Positions 37,466 to 47,746 of a DNA stretch of 64,000 bases are shown one piece after another. The notes under the pieces are model-generated. The model was not told the origin of the DNA and made no database searches. It saw nothing but the letters and a program-made list of their open reading frames with translations. Where the stretch lies: IMG/VR virus record IMGVR_UViG_2974586258_000001, positions 1 through 64,000 of that record; one strand, 5' to 3'. The stretch's first letter is position 1. Each line of letters begins with the position of its first letter. The DNA comes from a virus. Its lineage: Duplodnaviria; Caudoviricetes. Position numbers and translations under genes: made by a program.

Positions 37466-38440
37466 ATGGCTGTAAAGAAACCAGAGAATTCAGAAGGTTT
37501 TATAGGCAAAACCTTCAATAATGGAAATTTAGAAATAATAGGAGTTGCAGAAAGAAAACACAATAATATAATGTTTAAGGTAATTTGTAAGATTTGTTCT
37601 CCAGATAAAGAGTTATTTCCTGAAGACTATTTTACTATATCAAAAACACATTTATTAAATGGTAAATTGCCTTGTGGTTGTTCTACTGCTCCTAGGTGGG
37701 ATGAGAGCAAGTGGTTAGTTCGGGCAAGAAGGGCTGTAGAGAACAAAACTTTTATCATTCTTGGTCTTGCTGAAAGTTTTAAAGGATATCTTACAAAGGT
37801 GAGTTGTAAGTGTAAAATAGATGGTCATACTTGGACATTATCGCTTGATAATATAACTCGCGGAATAAGTGGTTGTCCCGTCTGTTCCAAGAAATATAGA
37901 CCAACAGAAGAAGAAGCTTTGGATAAATGTATTGTAATTTGTAAAGAAATGAATTATGATCCGATAGGTTTTCTTGCTGGTTATACAAACGCAAATAAAA
38001 CAATATTTGAATATGTCTGCCCACATCATGGATTACAGAGAGTAAGATATAGTTCATTTATTCATAAAGGAAGTAGGTGCTGGGATTGCGCCAAGGATGT
38101 TGGTAACGGTAGAGGTTACTATCCTAAAAGAGCAGAGGAACAAGATTATTTATATGTGATGAACTTTGATGATAAATATATCAAAGTTGGAAGGAGTTTT
38201 GATGCTTACACAAGAGTTGGTCAGTTACAATGGGAATCAGGATGTTCTAATATAAGAACTGACCATATCTATACTGCAACACATAAAGAAGTTTATAATT
38301 GTGAACAAAAGTTACATTCAATACTACGGGATCATGGTTTGCAGTACAATACAACATGGTCAACGGAAACATTTCATAATCATAGCGGGCACGTTTTAAA
38401 TGAATTACTTCCATTCTGCGGACTAGATAAATTTTATTAA
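37466..38440 (+). CDS. Hef-like/GIY-YIG homing endonuclease
   Basis: Paralog of 22847; CKICSPDKELFPEDYF...LPCGC...YLYVM...IKVGRSF. Confidence 0.75.
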   Translation: MAVKKPENSEGFIGKTFNNGNLEIIGVAERKHNNIMFKVICKICSPDKELFPEDYFTISKTHLLNGKLPCGCSTAPRWDESKWLVRARRAVENKTFIILGLAESFKGYLTKVSCKCKIDGHTWTLSLDNITRGISGCPVCSKKYRPTEEEALDKCIVICKEMNYDPIGFLAGYTNANKTIFEYVCPHHGLQRVRYSSFIHKGSRCWDCAKDVGNGRGYYPKRAEEQDYLYVMNFDDKYIKVGRSFDAYTRVGQLQWESGCSNIRTDHIYTATHKEVYNCEQKLHSILRDHGLQYNTTWSTETFHNHSGHVLNELLPFCGLDKFY

Positions 38441-38465
38441 TTTAAATTAAAATAAGGAATAATAC

Positions 38466-39185
38466 ATGACTAAATTTTCAGGTACAATTGAAAAACTTTA
38501 TGTAAAATATGTTGATAAAGTTAAAAAATATAGCGTTAGTATTGTGAATTCTAATAACTTCTATGGACTGGGTTTGCACAATGATAAATTTGTAAAAGTT
38601 GGCGATGTTGTTCTGAAAGAAGGTATGCAAGTTGAGTTTGAATACGCAGGGCAATTCAAAAATATTGATATGAATACCTTTAAAATTATTCAACAAGAAG
38701 TGCCGAAAGAAGTTAAGAAAGCAAAAAATGACAAAGACTTAGCAATTCGTCTTGGGAATTCTATTACAATCGCAACACACTTGACTAAAAGCAAACTGGA
38801 TATTGTTGCTATTGCTAAACAAGTCATGCCAATGGTCGATGAACTACGTGATAAACTAGCAACCAAACATACAACCATGGACACATATAGTCTGGGAGCA
38901 CGTCTGGGCCAAGCAGCTATAATTGCTGCTCAATACACAGCAAGCATTGATGATTTTATTGGTTTTGCTGAAGAACTGTTTGAAGAGATTTGTCAAGCTG
39001 AAGAAGATCTAAAGAATCCAAAAAAAGTGAAGAAAGAAGAAACTAATAGTGTCCAAAATAATCTTACACAAAGCCAGCATAATGTTGCAACACCTGTCTA
39101 TAATGAGCCGTCGGTTTATTGGGATAACGATATTCCGTTTGCCCCGATTGGTTTGCAATACCCTCAACTATTGTGGAGCATGTAA
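38466..39185 (+). CDS. putative SSB-like protein with an internal SSB-tail motif
   Basis: N-terminal OB-like region; VYNEPSVYWDNDIPF near the C-terminus. Confidence 0.55.
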   Translation: MTKFSGTIEKLYVKYVDKVKKYSVSIVNSNNFYGLGLHNDKFVKVGDVVLKEGMQVEFEYAGQFKNIDMNTFKIIQQEVPKEVKKAKNDKDLAIRLGNSITIATHLTKSKLDIVAIAKQVMPMVDELRDKLATKHTTMDTYSLGARLGQAAIIAAQYTASIDDFIGFAEELFEEICQAEEDLKNPKKVKKEETNSVQNNLTQSQHNVATPVYNEPSVYWDNDIPFAPIGLQYPQLLWSM

Positions 39186-39232
39186 TGAAGTGGTGTGGTG
39201 AGTAGACTTACAATGTTAAGAGAGGGATCACT

Positions 39233-39430
39233 ATGCAAAGGAGAGTTTTCTTTAATGGTAACTATTACTGTGTCCAAACCATGGAAGGGTTATTACGGTT
39301 AAAACATAGATGGTGGCATGATGTGAATGTGAAGCCAAATTTTACCGCAGCGGAATTAGCGTTTACTTACAAGTATCGCTTAAATAAGCGGCAAGATTAC
39401 AATTGGACCGATTATCAGATGAAAATTTGA
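39233..39430 (+). CDS. hypothetical protein
   Basis: 65 aa; GAGGG RBS. Confidence 0.5.
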   Translation: MQRRVFFNGNYYCVQTMEGLLRLKHRWWHDVNVKPNFTAAELAFTYKYRLNKRQDYNWTDYQMKI

Positions 39431-39506
39431 CTGTGTAAGAAGTAATCAAGACTGAGTAGGTTGATGAAAAACGGTTCCCAATCTCACGAAAGATATACCT
39501 ATAAAT

Positions 39507-39529
39507 AAACCCCTCATTTGAGGGGTTTT
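39507..39529. terminator. bidirectional terminator between convergent modules
   Basis: AAACCCCTC-ATTT-GAGGGGTTTT. Confidence 0.75.
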
Positions 39530-39642
39530 ATCCTATTTGCAGTTATTCCAAGAAAAGTCATTGACAGATTACCTGAAACTCCTATTCTATTCTCTGTATA
39601 AAAATTATTAGAGAATGTATGAGACCAAATATAGTAAAGGTG

Positions 39643-42219
39643 TCAATTTATTTGTCTCCATTTATTAGCCACATATACAAACCTAACAGGTTGGTTCAGT
39701 AACAACGCCACATCTGCGTTAGTTTTGGTCTGTATTGTGGCCCCATTCTTGATGGTGATCGCGTTCACACCACTACCATTGAACAGAGTTAGCTCTCGGC
39801 CATTAACCCCACCGGTAATGCCAACAAGGTTAAAGGCCCCCGCTTGCGGACTTAACATAACTACGGTTAACGTATCAGAGACAAGTGTATAATCTGTTGT
39901 TGTTGGGACTGCTACAAATTTATAACCCAAGTTATGTGTTTGGAAATTGTTTCCAAGGCTTGGGCGGGTATTGTCGTATACAAAAGAGTCAGAGAACTGG
40001 TTCCCACGGGTGATATTATTCACTGAAGTGATCGCGGCTGTTTCAATTGAATTAGTACCAAGAACAGGATCTGTAATAGCTTGAACCCATAAGGTTTTAG
40101 CGCTGTCTTTGAAGCTGTTGCCTACTACTTGAATCCCAACACAATTACCTTCTGTTTTTATTTGATAAAAACTTCCAGATGGTGCATCAAGAAATATATT
40201 ATCCTTGATAATAGCAGTACGTACATATGTACCAATAAGAATAGCCTCTCTTTCGTGACTATCGAACTGATTTCCTTGAATAATAATTCCAGAATCTATT
40301 GATTTATCTGTTGGGGTGGCGTTGTCTATTTCAATATGGTTTCTACAATATGCCATACGATTATTTAGTACAGTCACTCTATTGTATTCAAAACCAGCTC
40401 CCCGAGGAGATGAGTTATTAATAAATACATTTCTTGCAAACCCTGATATGTAGTTGTCTCTAATTGTTGCACCTACTGTATATCCTTCGTTGAGGGCCAT
40501 ACCATATGTATCACCACCAGTATATGGGCTAGTAGGATAGGCCCTATTTCCGAATAAACGGTTATTTGCTATTACATCTTCTCTAGACCTTGCAGCTATG
40601 CCCCGCCAACAGTTAATTCCTGTATTTCCAGTAAATACTGACCCATAACTTCCCCCATGAGATGTAGCCATATTAAATTTAGCATTAATTACTGTACATG
40701 TTTTCATAAAACACATAAGACTCGGCATTTCAAAATATGTTATATCAAATGTTTGGGAAGGATTATCAAAATGACATGATATCGCACCACAACCTTGTGA
40801 GCTGATAGTTTTTATGGCATTAAAGGAAAAGTAATTTGGATTTCCGGGGTTTATAGATCCGAATGTAATTTGGGTACTAGCATCAAGAAACACTCTACAA
40901 GACTCTGCTGTGCAATTATGACTATAAACGAATTGTATTGATGCACCAGGTAGCTTCTTGTTATTAAATTTACACCCAGAGACACTAAATTCCCTTCCAT
41001 AATAAATCTCGACTGCTGACCCAGTACCATTCCGTATAAACTTGATACCAGAAATTGAACCAGTGACTCCGTTTATTTTTTTAATGGTGGATATAGTTCT
41101 TACACCTGAATCAGGTTTAGGAGTTAATGGGTACTGGTTGAACACCAAGGGAGATACTGGTGTAATTACTGTGGGTGTTTTTGAATATACCTCAAAAAAT
41201 TCACCGAACCAGCTAGGGGAACCAGATGCTGTAGCAGTACCCAACTGCATAGTTCCAGCATCAGGGGATAAGCACATTGTAGAGCTATGTATAATACCTA
41301 AATCTCCAGCTGCAAATGGAGTTGTATCTCCTATTGTAATAGTTGTTGAAGAGAATGTAGAAATCGGGGATGTTAGTGGGACTTCTGAACCAACTGTACC
41401 TGATAACTTAAAACCAAAGTTTTTGAATGTTACTGTCCCCGTCCCTAAAATTTCGACAGGGGTGGTATACTGTTTATCTACCCCTGTTATGAACAGATAT
41501 TTTCTATTCATGACTAATGGAATTGAATTTGCCACAGCATAATCTAATGCTAGTGCAACATAAGGTGCATCATCATCTATTCCATTGCAAGGTGCATTGA
41601 ACATCTCTGGAGTAACATAAGTAATTGCTGTGTTTAGTAGTAATCTATTGCTCTGGTCTTCCCATGCAGTGGGGCCAAGTCCTCCTGAACTTGCCGGGGT
41701 AGATCCAGCAGGGATTGTTTTTGGTACTGCCCCCTTCCATGCATACCCTTTACCTTCCAATTCAAATAACAGAGCTTGTTTTGAATCAACAATGGTGGCT
41801 CCCTGTTCAAAACTCCCTGCTACAATCGAATACCCAACCTCTGCATAACTTCTCCTCAAAGACTCCCTTATTTGTGGTGTAAGTTTAACAATAGCATCTA
41901 AAGAATAAACTCTCCAATTAACATCCCCTACCGGAGTAACTCCCATGTTAATTGGGTTTGTAGTTGTTGCATTAGGTGCATACCACATTGATCCATCTGT
42001 AAACTTGCGCAGTTGGTTGAAAACAAGTTCCTGCTGTCCTGCTTGCCAATCTAATGGATCTTTAAAATAAAAATTATCAAGAAGTGCTTTACGGACACTT
42101 GGTACTTTACTACCATCTTCTACAATTACTTCTTCTGTTGCAGTACCATTGACAATTTGATGAATTTGTTCACCAGCGGTAATTGTCTTTTCGACTGCGG
42201 CTTGATATGTTAATGCCAT
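39643..42219 (-). CDS. tailspike / depolymerase (beta-helix)
   Basis: N-terminal LRRSYAEVGY...GSFEQG...YAWKG..PK TSP-type module; VTPEMF...DDAP; Asn/Gly beta-helix repeats. Confidence 0.85.
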   Translation of the reverse strand: MALTYQAAVEKTITAGEQIHQIVNGTATEEVIVEDGSKVPSVRKALLDNFYFKDPLDWQAGQQELVFNQLRKFTDGSMWYAPNATTTNPINMGVTPVGDVNWRVYSLDAIVKLTPQIRESLRRSYAEVGYSIVAGSFEQGATIVDSKQALLFELEGKGYAWKGAVPKTIPAGSTPASSGGLGPTAWEDQSNRLLLNTAITYVTPEMFNAPCNGIDDDAPYVALALDYAVANSIPLVMNRKYLFITGVDKQYTTPVEILGTGTVTFKNFGFKLSGTVGSEVPLTSPISTFSSTTITIGDTTPFAAGDLGIIHSSTMCLSPDAGTMQLGTATASGSPSWFGEFFEVYSKTPTVITPVSPLVFNQYPLTPKPDSGVRTISTIKKINGVTGSISGIKFIRNGTGSAVEIYYGREFSVSGCKFNNKKLPGASIQFVYSHNCTAESCRVFLDASTQITFGSINPGNPNYFSFNAIKTISSQGCGAISCHFDNPSQTFDITYFEMPSLMCFMKTCTVINAKFNMATSHGGSYGSVFTGNTGINCWRGIAARSREDVIANNRLFGNRAYPTSPYTGGDTYGMALNEGYTVGATIRDNYISGFARNVFINNSSPRGAGFEYNRVTVLNNRMAYCRNHIEIDNATPTDKSIDSGIIIQGNQFDSHEREAILIGTYVRTAIIKDNIFLDAPSGSFYQIKTEGNCVGIQVVGNSFKDSAKTLWVQAITDPVLGTNSIETAAITSVNNITRGNQFSDSFVYDNTRPSLGNNFQTHNLGYKFVAVPTTTDYTLVSDTLTVVMLSPQAGAFNLVGITGGVNGRELTLFNGSGVNAITIKNGATIQTKTNADVALLLNQPVRFVYVANKWRQIN

Positions 42220-43217
42220 TAGAAATCCTCCTTTTTTAATTTAGACGTTTTAATTAGATCAAAAACAAGTTGATCAGAGCAAACATTTAGAAGTTCAATA
42301 GATTTAAATGTGGTGTCTTTATGTGAAAGATTTTTATTTTTTGCTTCAGAAATAATCTTTTGCTCAGTTTTAAATACGTCATAATGTGTTCCAGACCATA
42401 CTGAAATAATGGTAGGTACTATGTTATATTGCAATTTCAACTGTCCAAATCTAGTGTTTAATTTAAAAGACCTACCTATTTTTAAATACTCGTTATTGAA
42501 ATTTAAAAGGTATAAAAAGTCTCTATCATCCTTACGTTTAGGATAATACCCAAACAGCCCCGGAGCGACTCCGCAATCTCTGGCACAAGCCATGCAACCA
42601 TTTCTTTTATCTTTAAAATCAGTAAATGTTATGAATTTAACTCCATGTTGTGGACACCTATACTGTAGTTTTGACTTTTGGTTTATGTAGCCGTCAGGAA
42701 ACCCTAAGAAAGTGTAATTTCTCTCTTTACATATTTTTTCGCAGTATGTAAAAACTTCTTCATATGACATTCTTTTCAATACACTTAATTTTTTGTTGCG
42801 ACATATTTTACAACAGGCACCATTATGCATAATATTTACAAGACTAGATTCCCAAATATTACCATCTCTTAGGCATTCACATTTTACTTTTGTATTTTGC
42901 CCGTGAAAAATTTCAGTATAATCGTGAACAATAAAACCTTTTTGTTTTGCTGCTCGTTTTGCTTTTATCAAAAACTCGTAAGCATTCCAGTTACGTTTCT
43001 TAGCACACCCACAAGGTAATTTGCCAGCCCTTAAGTCCGATAGTCCACAAGTAAAATAACCTAAAGGAAACAGTTCTTTATCTAGCGAACATACTTTGCA
43101 AACAACTTTATATTTTGAATGTTTTGATTTTTCCAACAGTTCAACAACTTCCAATCTACCATTATTAAATGTCTCACCTACAAAATCTTCTGCCTTCTTT
43201 CTATAAGTTAGTGACAC
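42219..43217 (-). CDS. Hef-like/GIY-YIG homing endonuclease
   Basis: CKVCSLDKELFPLGYF...LPCGC...FLYLL...LKIGRSF. Confidence 0.75.
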   Translation of the reverse strand: MSLTYRKKAEDFVGETFNNGRLEVVELLEKSKHSKYKVVCKVCSLDKELFPLGYFTCGLSDLRAGKLPCGCAKKRNWNAYEFLIKAKRAAKQKGFIVHDYTEIFHGQNTKVKCECLRDGNIWESSLVNIMHNGACCKICRNKKLSVLKRMSYEEVFTYCEKICKERNYTFLGFPDGYINQKSKLQYRCPQHGVKFITFTDFKDKRNGCMACARDCGVAPGLFGYYPKRKDDRDFLYLLNFNNEYLKIGRSFKLNTRFGQLKLQYNIVPTIISVWSGTHYDVFKTEQKIISEAKNKNLSHKDTTFKSIELLNVCSDQLVFDLIKTSKLKKEDF

Positions 43218-43223
43218 TATGTA

Positions 43224-43484
43224 TTACTCCTCTTTTTCTTTTGGAGAACTAGGTAAAGTGCTTTGTGGTAAGTTACCACCAAATCTGAAGCTTAAAAACT
43301 TACCTAATAAATTTTGATGTGTTACTAAGAACCCATAAGCAAATAGCAGCCATTCATCTATTTTTAAATGGTAACTATACCAACAAAACATAATTGTCAT
43401 ACAAAATAAACCAATATGGTTCCATAATTTTGTATGGGATAATCTGTTGTCTTTAGGATCTGTAAATAAATCTGAAAATTTCAT
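43224..43484 (-). CDS. small membrane protein, holin-like
   Basis: RLSHTKLW..IG motif with two TM segments. Confidence 0.55.
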   Translation of the reverse strand: MKFSDLFTDPKDNRLSHTKLWNHIGLFCMTIMFCWYSYHLKIDEWLLFAYGFLVTHQNLLGKFLSFRFGGNLPQSTLPSSPKEKEE

Positions 43485-43524
43485 ATGTTTCTCTTTTACA
43501 AATTGGTGCTATGTTTAAATAATA

Positions 43525-43965
43525 TTAACCTAAGATGTGAGGTGTTATTAAAACTAACGAGAGGGTGTAATATAGTATGGTGAATCTTTCTTGTTGTTTT
43601 ATTGTGAAATAAATATATTCTATCGCCACCATGTACGAAGTTTGAAAATAATAAAATTTGTAGTAATCAAATAAGGACAATAGTGTAGAAAAAACCGCAC
43701 ACAATGCAAAAATTGACATCAATATATGGTAGTTTTTATTTACAATGTTATTTGTAATAACAGAAGATATCATTAGTAAATCAATAAAAGAAAGTACAAC
43801 CAAATAAAACAAAACATCTTGTATTCTACCTGTGCTGGCGTAGTATGATAAGACTAACTGTATTGATAATAGTGTTATAATGACAAAACAAACATACCTG
43901 TATTCTTGCTTTGATATAAAAAATAACAGTACAAAACAGAAAATATAGATAAGAAGGCTTAACAT
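43525..43965 (-). CDS. multi-pass membrane protein
   Basis: Highly hydrophobic 146 aa; GGAGG RBS. Confidence 0.65.
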   Translation of the reverse strand: MLSLLIYIFCFVLLFFISKQEYRYVCFVIITLLSIQLVLSYYASTGRIQDVLFYLVVLSFIDLLMISSVITNNIVNKNYHILMSIFALCAVFSTLLSLFDYYKFYYFQTSYMVAIEYIYFTIKQQERFTILYYTLSLVLITPHILG

Positions 43966-43986
43966 AACTTACCTCCTTACCCTGTA

Positions 43987-44307
43987 TTATTTCCTATTTT
44001 GATCTTTAATAAGTTCTTTGATCTCTCTCATAACATCATCGAATTTATCATCTAATTTACTATCTAACCTTGTTATCTGATCTTTTATTGGGCCCATTTT
44101 ACGGTCTAATGTTTCATCAAGCTTATCTTGTGTTACTGCCATAGCTTCAAGCTTTATAAATTTTTGGTTTAGTTGATTAAAGCGTTCGGTGGAATCTTTC
44201 TTAAAATCTTTATAGTCCCCCCACAACTGGGAAAGTAACCAACTCAAACCTGCTGTCAGAAGGAGCCACAAAGCTTTACCAATGGTAAAGAAAATTTCTA
44301 CAGGCAT
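43987..44307 (-). CDS. TM plus coiled-coil protein (possible holin)
   Basis: N-terminal TM helix followed by heptad repeats. Confidence 0.55.
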   Translation of the reverse strand: MPVEIFFTIGKALWLLLTAGLSWLLSQLWGDYKDFKKDSTERFNQLNQKFIKLEAMAVTQDKLDETLDRKMGPIKDQITRLDSKLDDKFDDVMREIKELIKDQNRK

Positions 44308-44315
44308 AAACTAGA

Positions 44316-44726
44316 TTACTCCATGAATTTTGGTTGTTGTGGGAAAACAATATACGGGAAATTTTCAAGTGATGTTATATCACGAAGTGCTTGCCTGTAT
44401 TCAAGAAACTCAGAAATTTGTATGTCAGAATATGTTGTTCCTTTTCCTGACATATTTTCTTCAAAATGACGAGTAGCAATCCAATCAGTATCTTTCAGGA
44501 TTTTATTTCGTTGTTGCAATATTTTGTTTGTTTCTTTTAGTATAACTTCTTCTGGGGTTTCTACAGATTCATAAATTCCACCATATTTTCCACCAACTAA
44601 ACGAAACTGGTCTAATTTTTCATCATTTTTTACTGAATACTCACCACGAGTTTGTAAATCTTCAATATTTGGTTCAAAATCGCACGTACTTAGTAGCTGA
44701 CCTTCTTTATTAAATATATAATACAT
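44316..44726 (-). CDS. tail fibre assembly chaperone
   Basis: RNKILKDTDW...YRQALRDIT...FP..P. Confidence 0.85.
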   Translation of the reverse strand: MYYIFNKEGQLLSTCDFEPNIEDLQTRGEYSVKNDEKLDQFRLVGGKYGGIYESVETPEEVILKETNKILQQRNKILKDTDWIATRHFEENMSGKGTTYSDIQISEFLEYRQALRDITSLENFPYIVFPQQPKFME

Positions 44727-45424
44727 TATTTAACTCCAATGATAAAGTACGTGGCAAAGTTTCCTGGGTAGGCAGTACCATCAACTAATACGGTAACAAC
44801 ACGACCTGATGTGGTTACTTGAAAACTAGCCATATCATTGTTGCCGTCATCAGACATATTGGCTGGACTCGCTATCCATTTACACTGGGCCTCACTATAT
44901 CCAGAGGGTAAAGGTATAGTACCACCATTGGCTACTGTACCTGTCAAAATAGAAATGTTAGATGCTGTCAATGTTAATGCATGACTGTGTGTTGGTGAAC
45001 CACTATTAGTTGCAGAGTTTGTACTACCATTACCTACAGTGCTTGGAGTAGCCATGCTGATTGTTCTATTTAGACTTAGATCACCGCCGCCAGTTAACCC
45101 AACACCGGCAGAGATTGCCTTACTATCTACTTCTGATTTACTAAACACGTCTAAATTAGTTCGTGCAACAACTTTATCTAATAGGTCATTTAAATTCTCA
45201 GATTTTTTTAAGAATTCGTTTATTTTTTCTTCAGCAACCCATTTAATGTATTGCCCATAGTTGTTTAAAAGATAGTTCCACTCATCTGCCGCTGGTTTTT
45301 GAGACTTATCCCATCCAGTTTCAATTAGAGAAGCTTGTGGTAATTTTTTATTCGGTCTCTGTGCATTAGGCAAAATAACATCGTTACTCGCCCATACAAT
45401 CAGAGGGTTTGTTGGTTGTGCCAA
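44726..45424 (-). CDS. short tail fibre protein
   Basis: P.A.EWNYLLN N-terminus; NLNDL...ARTNL; GLTGGGDLS; HSH. Confidence 0.75.
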   Translation of the reverse strand: MAQPTNPLIVWASNDVILPNAQRPNKKLPQASLIETGWDKSQKPAADEWNYLLNNYGQYIKWVAEEKINEFLKKSENLNDLLDKVVARTNLDVFSKSEVDSKAISAGVGLTGGGDLSLNRTISMATPSTVGNGSTNSATNSGSPTHSHALTLTASNISILTGTVANGGTIPLPSGYSEAQCKWIASPANMSDDGNNDMASFQVTTSGRVVTVLVDGTAYPGNFATYFIIGVK

Positions 45425-45438
45425 AATTTACTCCTTAC

Positions 45439-46053
45439 TCAAATATCATAAGTTGAAACATAAGATGTAAACATCAATCTACCTCCACTTGTAGGTATAT
45501 CATTGTCATCTGAGAAACCAAAACCTCCCCCGTCATCATCCCCATCAAAGACAAAAGGTATACCAACACCATCTACGACTCTTAAATCTGTAATAAGTGG
45601 CATTAATCCAGCGATATCATCAGCGGTAGTTGCAAGATTAAAACAAGGAGATCCAATAGCAATATCAAAACGATATTTGTCTCCTTTGTAAGTAAAAACA
45701 GACTCATTACCGAGCAACTGATAAAGAACATTAATTATATCAGGGCGTGTTCCATGCTTTTGTGCTTCGCCGGTTTTCAAGAACAATGTTGCTCTGTAGT
45801 CATCGTCATCTAACCCGTTACGATAGATTTGAAAACGAGCTCCTATATCATCCAGATAAACACCACTAGCCTCTGACAATAACCTTCTAACTGCTAGTTG
45901 GTATAAAGTATCATCAATAAGCTTCCACCTATCCAAATCAATTTGCAATATTTTTTGAATATTAGGTTTTTGTAAAGCTTCAGGAAGGTAGTCTAATCCT
46001 TCCTGAACAAAACTCTCTTTTATTTGTATATGGTCAACATTTTTTAATTCCAT
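45439..46053 (-). CDS. baseplate wedge protein (DUF2612-like)
   Basis: ASGVYLDDIG...R...DDDDYR...GT. Confidence 0.8.
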   Translation of the reverse strand: MELKNVDHIQIKESFVQEGLDYLPEALQKPNIQKILQIDLDRWKLIDDTLYQLAVRRLLSEASGVYLDDIGARFQIYRNGLDDDDYRATLFLKTGEAQKHGTRPDIINVLYQLLGNESVFTYKGDKYRFDIAIGSPCFNLATTADDIAGLMPLITDLRVVDGVGIPFVFDGDDDGGGFGFSDDNDIPTSGGRLMFTSYVSTYDI

Positions 46054-46068
46054 AATTTAGTTGCCTCA

Positions 46069-47568
46069 TTATACAATTTGGTTGAAATATACATCAGACT
46101 CTGCTAAAATTAACACATCTTCAATATCTGTATTGAATGTTGCAGAAGAGTATGCACTATCGGGGTCAGATGCTAATTTTATTTCTACAGTTAGTACTTG
46201 AAATTGAATCAAAGGAACAGATGAGGTTACACTTTGTATTAGTTGAATATTATACAGTGTAGGATTTATAGGATATCCATTAATTGTGTCAAGTAAACCA
46301 GAAGTTATGATATTTCTCGCAGAATCTGCTAACGGCCTATTTTGTACTGTTTTATATGAAACTCTAATTGCTACATCTTTTTCTGTGGCCTTTGTGTGAT
46401 AGATAGTTTCTACTTGACCGTCCTCGGTTTCAATGTTATAGTTAACATTACCAAAAGTTGCATTAGAGCAGGCAATCAGTTCATACAACCTTTGAGAGAT
46501 AGATGGTGTATCTCCCCCATAAACTACCGGTACAAATTTATATGGTGGTATACCAGCAGGGCTTGTGGTTCCAGTAGGATTAGAGAATATTTTAACCTTA
46601 CGAACACCGTCTACACCAGTCAACAGCCCGTTGATAATTGCAGAACGAGTTGCAGCGGCAGGAGAACTAATCTGTGAGCTTGCTCTGGCCCGATACTCAC
46701 TGTCTGATTCAATATTTGCACCACTAAAGAATGCCTCAATATTACCACTAGAAACATAACCGGAAGGTTGAGGAGTGATTGTTGTAACCTGACCGATACT
46801 GACTGGGTTCAACCCTGCATCTTCTGCAATGACATCAAACCTGATTGTTTTGTTTCCAATTTGTGGGGAGATTTTAAAATCAACTTTCTGAGACAAACCT
46901 ACCATCTCTGTTGCAGAAGTATAACCTATATACATAGAGCCAGCAACATTATCGATAAAAATACGACTTAGATTTTCGTTAATTGTATTGTCAATAATAA
47001 ACGTCTTAATACTATTGAAGAAAGAGTTTAACTCTACGCTATTTGGTGTTTTGTTAGTTAGCGTTAGATTAAGTGTAGCAGTAACTGAGGTAGTTGTATT
47101 TAAAATGGTAAAAGTATAACTACCTGTATTTATTTGAGAATTCAATAATGTATGTGCAAAAATATTACCTGCAACCAATACATCTTCTTGTAAAATAAAA
47201 GTAGAATTTACTTTGTAAGTTCCGGCAGAATAGGTAGTATTATAAGGCACTGTACTATTGAGCACCATTTCTACACTACCAGTTGCTTTAGTCAAACCAT
47301 TACGATAAATCCCTCTACGAGAAAACAAATCATCAAGATACTTACCTTCAGCACCTTGATATGTCTGACTATTATAAACTTCTTCCATTTGCATCCAGAC
47401 TTGATTTTCTCTGTCTGCTTCGATTGATACAATCTTATCTATTACACTATTGTCGTTAGTATTAATATTAGAACCAAACAAATCTCGGTAGGCTTGTTTT
47501 CTCTGTTCTACAATTTCTGTTAGAGATGGCCTAAGAAAGCCAAAACTATTTAGACCATAAGTTGCCAA
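46069..47568 (-). CDS. baseplate J-like wedge protein
   Basis: AEGKYLD, G.NIESDSEYRAR, VDGV, GIPP. Confidence 0.85.
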   Translation of the reverse strand: MATYGLNSFGFLRPSLTEIVEQRKQAYRDLFGSNINTNDNSVIDKIVSIEADRENQVWMQMEEVYNSQTYQGAEGKYLDDLFSRRGIYRNGLTKATGSVEMVLNSTVPYNTTYSAGTYKVNSTFILQEDVLVAGNIFAHTLLNSQINTGSYTFTILNTTTSVTATLNLTLTNKTPNSVELNSFFNSIKTFIIDNTINENLSRIFIDNVAGSMYIGYTSATEMVGLSQKVDFKISPQIGNKTIRFDVIAEDAGLNPVSIGQVTTITPQPSGYVSSGNIEAFFSGANIESDSEYRARASSQISSPAAATRSAIINGLLTGVDGVRKVKIFSNPTGTTSPAGIPPYKFVPVVYGGDTPSISQRLYELIACSNATFGNVNYNIETEDGQVETIYHTKATEKDVAIRVSYKTVQNRPLADSARNIITSGLLDTINGYPINPTLYNIQLIQSVTSSVPLIQFQVLTVEIKLASDPDSAYSSATFNTDIEDVLILAESDVYFNQIV

Positions 47569-47746
47569 TTTTACCTCTTTACTAATAATTGAAAAGCGTG
47601 GTTCCCCTATTAAATTACTGCGGTAGAGTTCTTATGAGTCCCTTGTAAAGAAACATCAACTTATTCACAAGGTTATAAGTTGATGTTTATGATGATTGTC
47701 ATGACTTACCTCGCAATAAGATAAAAGCCACGTAGGGGCTTTTGTT

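Noticed and set aside
39440-39500. Hammerhead-like TGATGA...GAAA
   Set aside because: Core is not CUGANGA and the flanking stems cannot be formed
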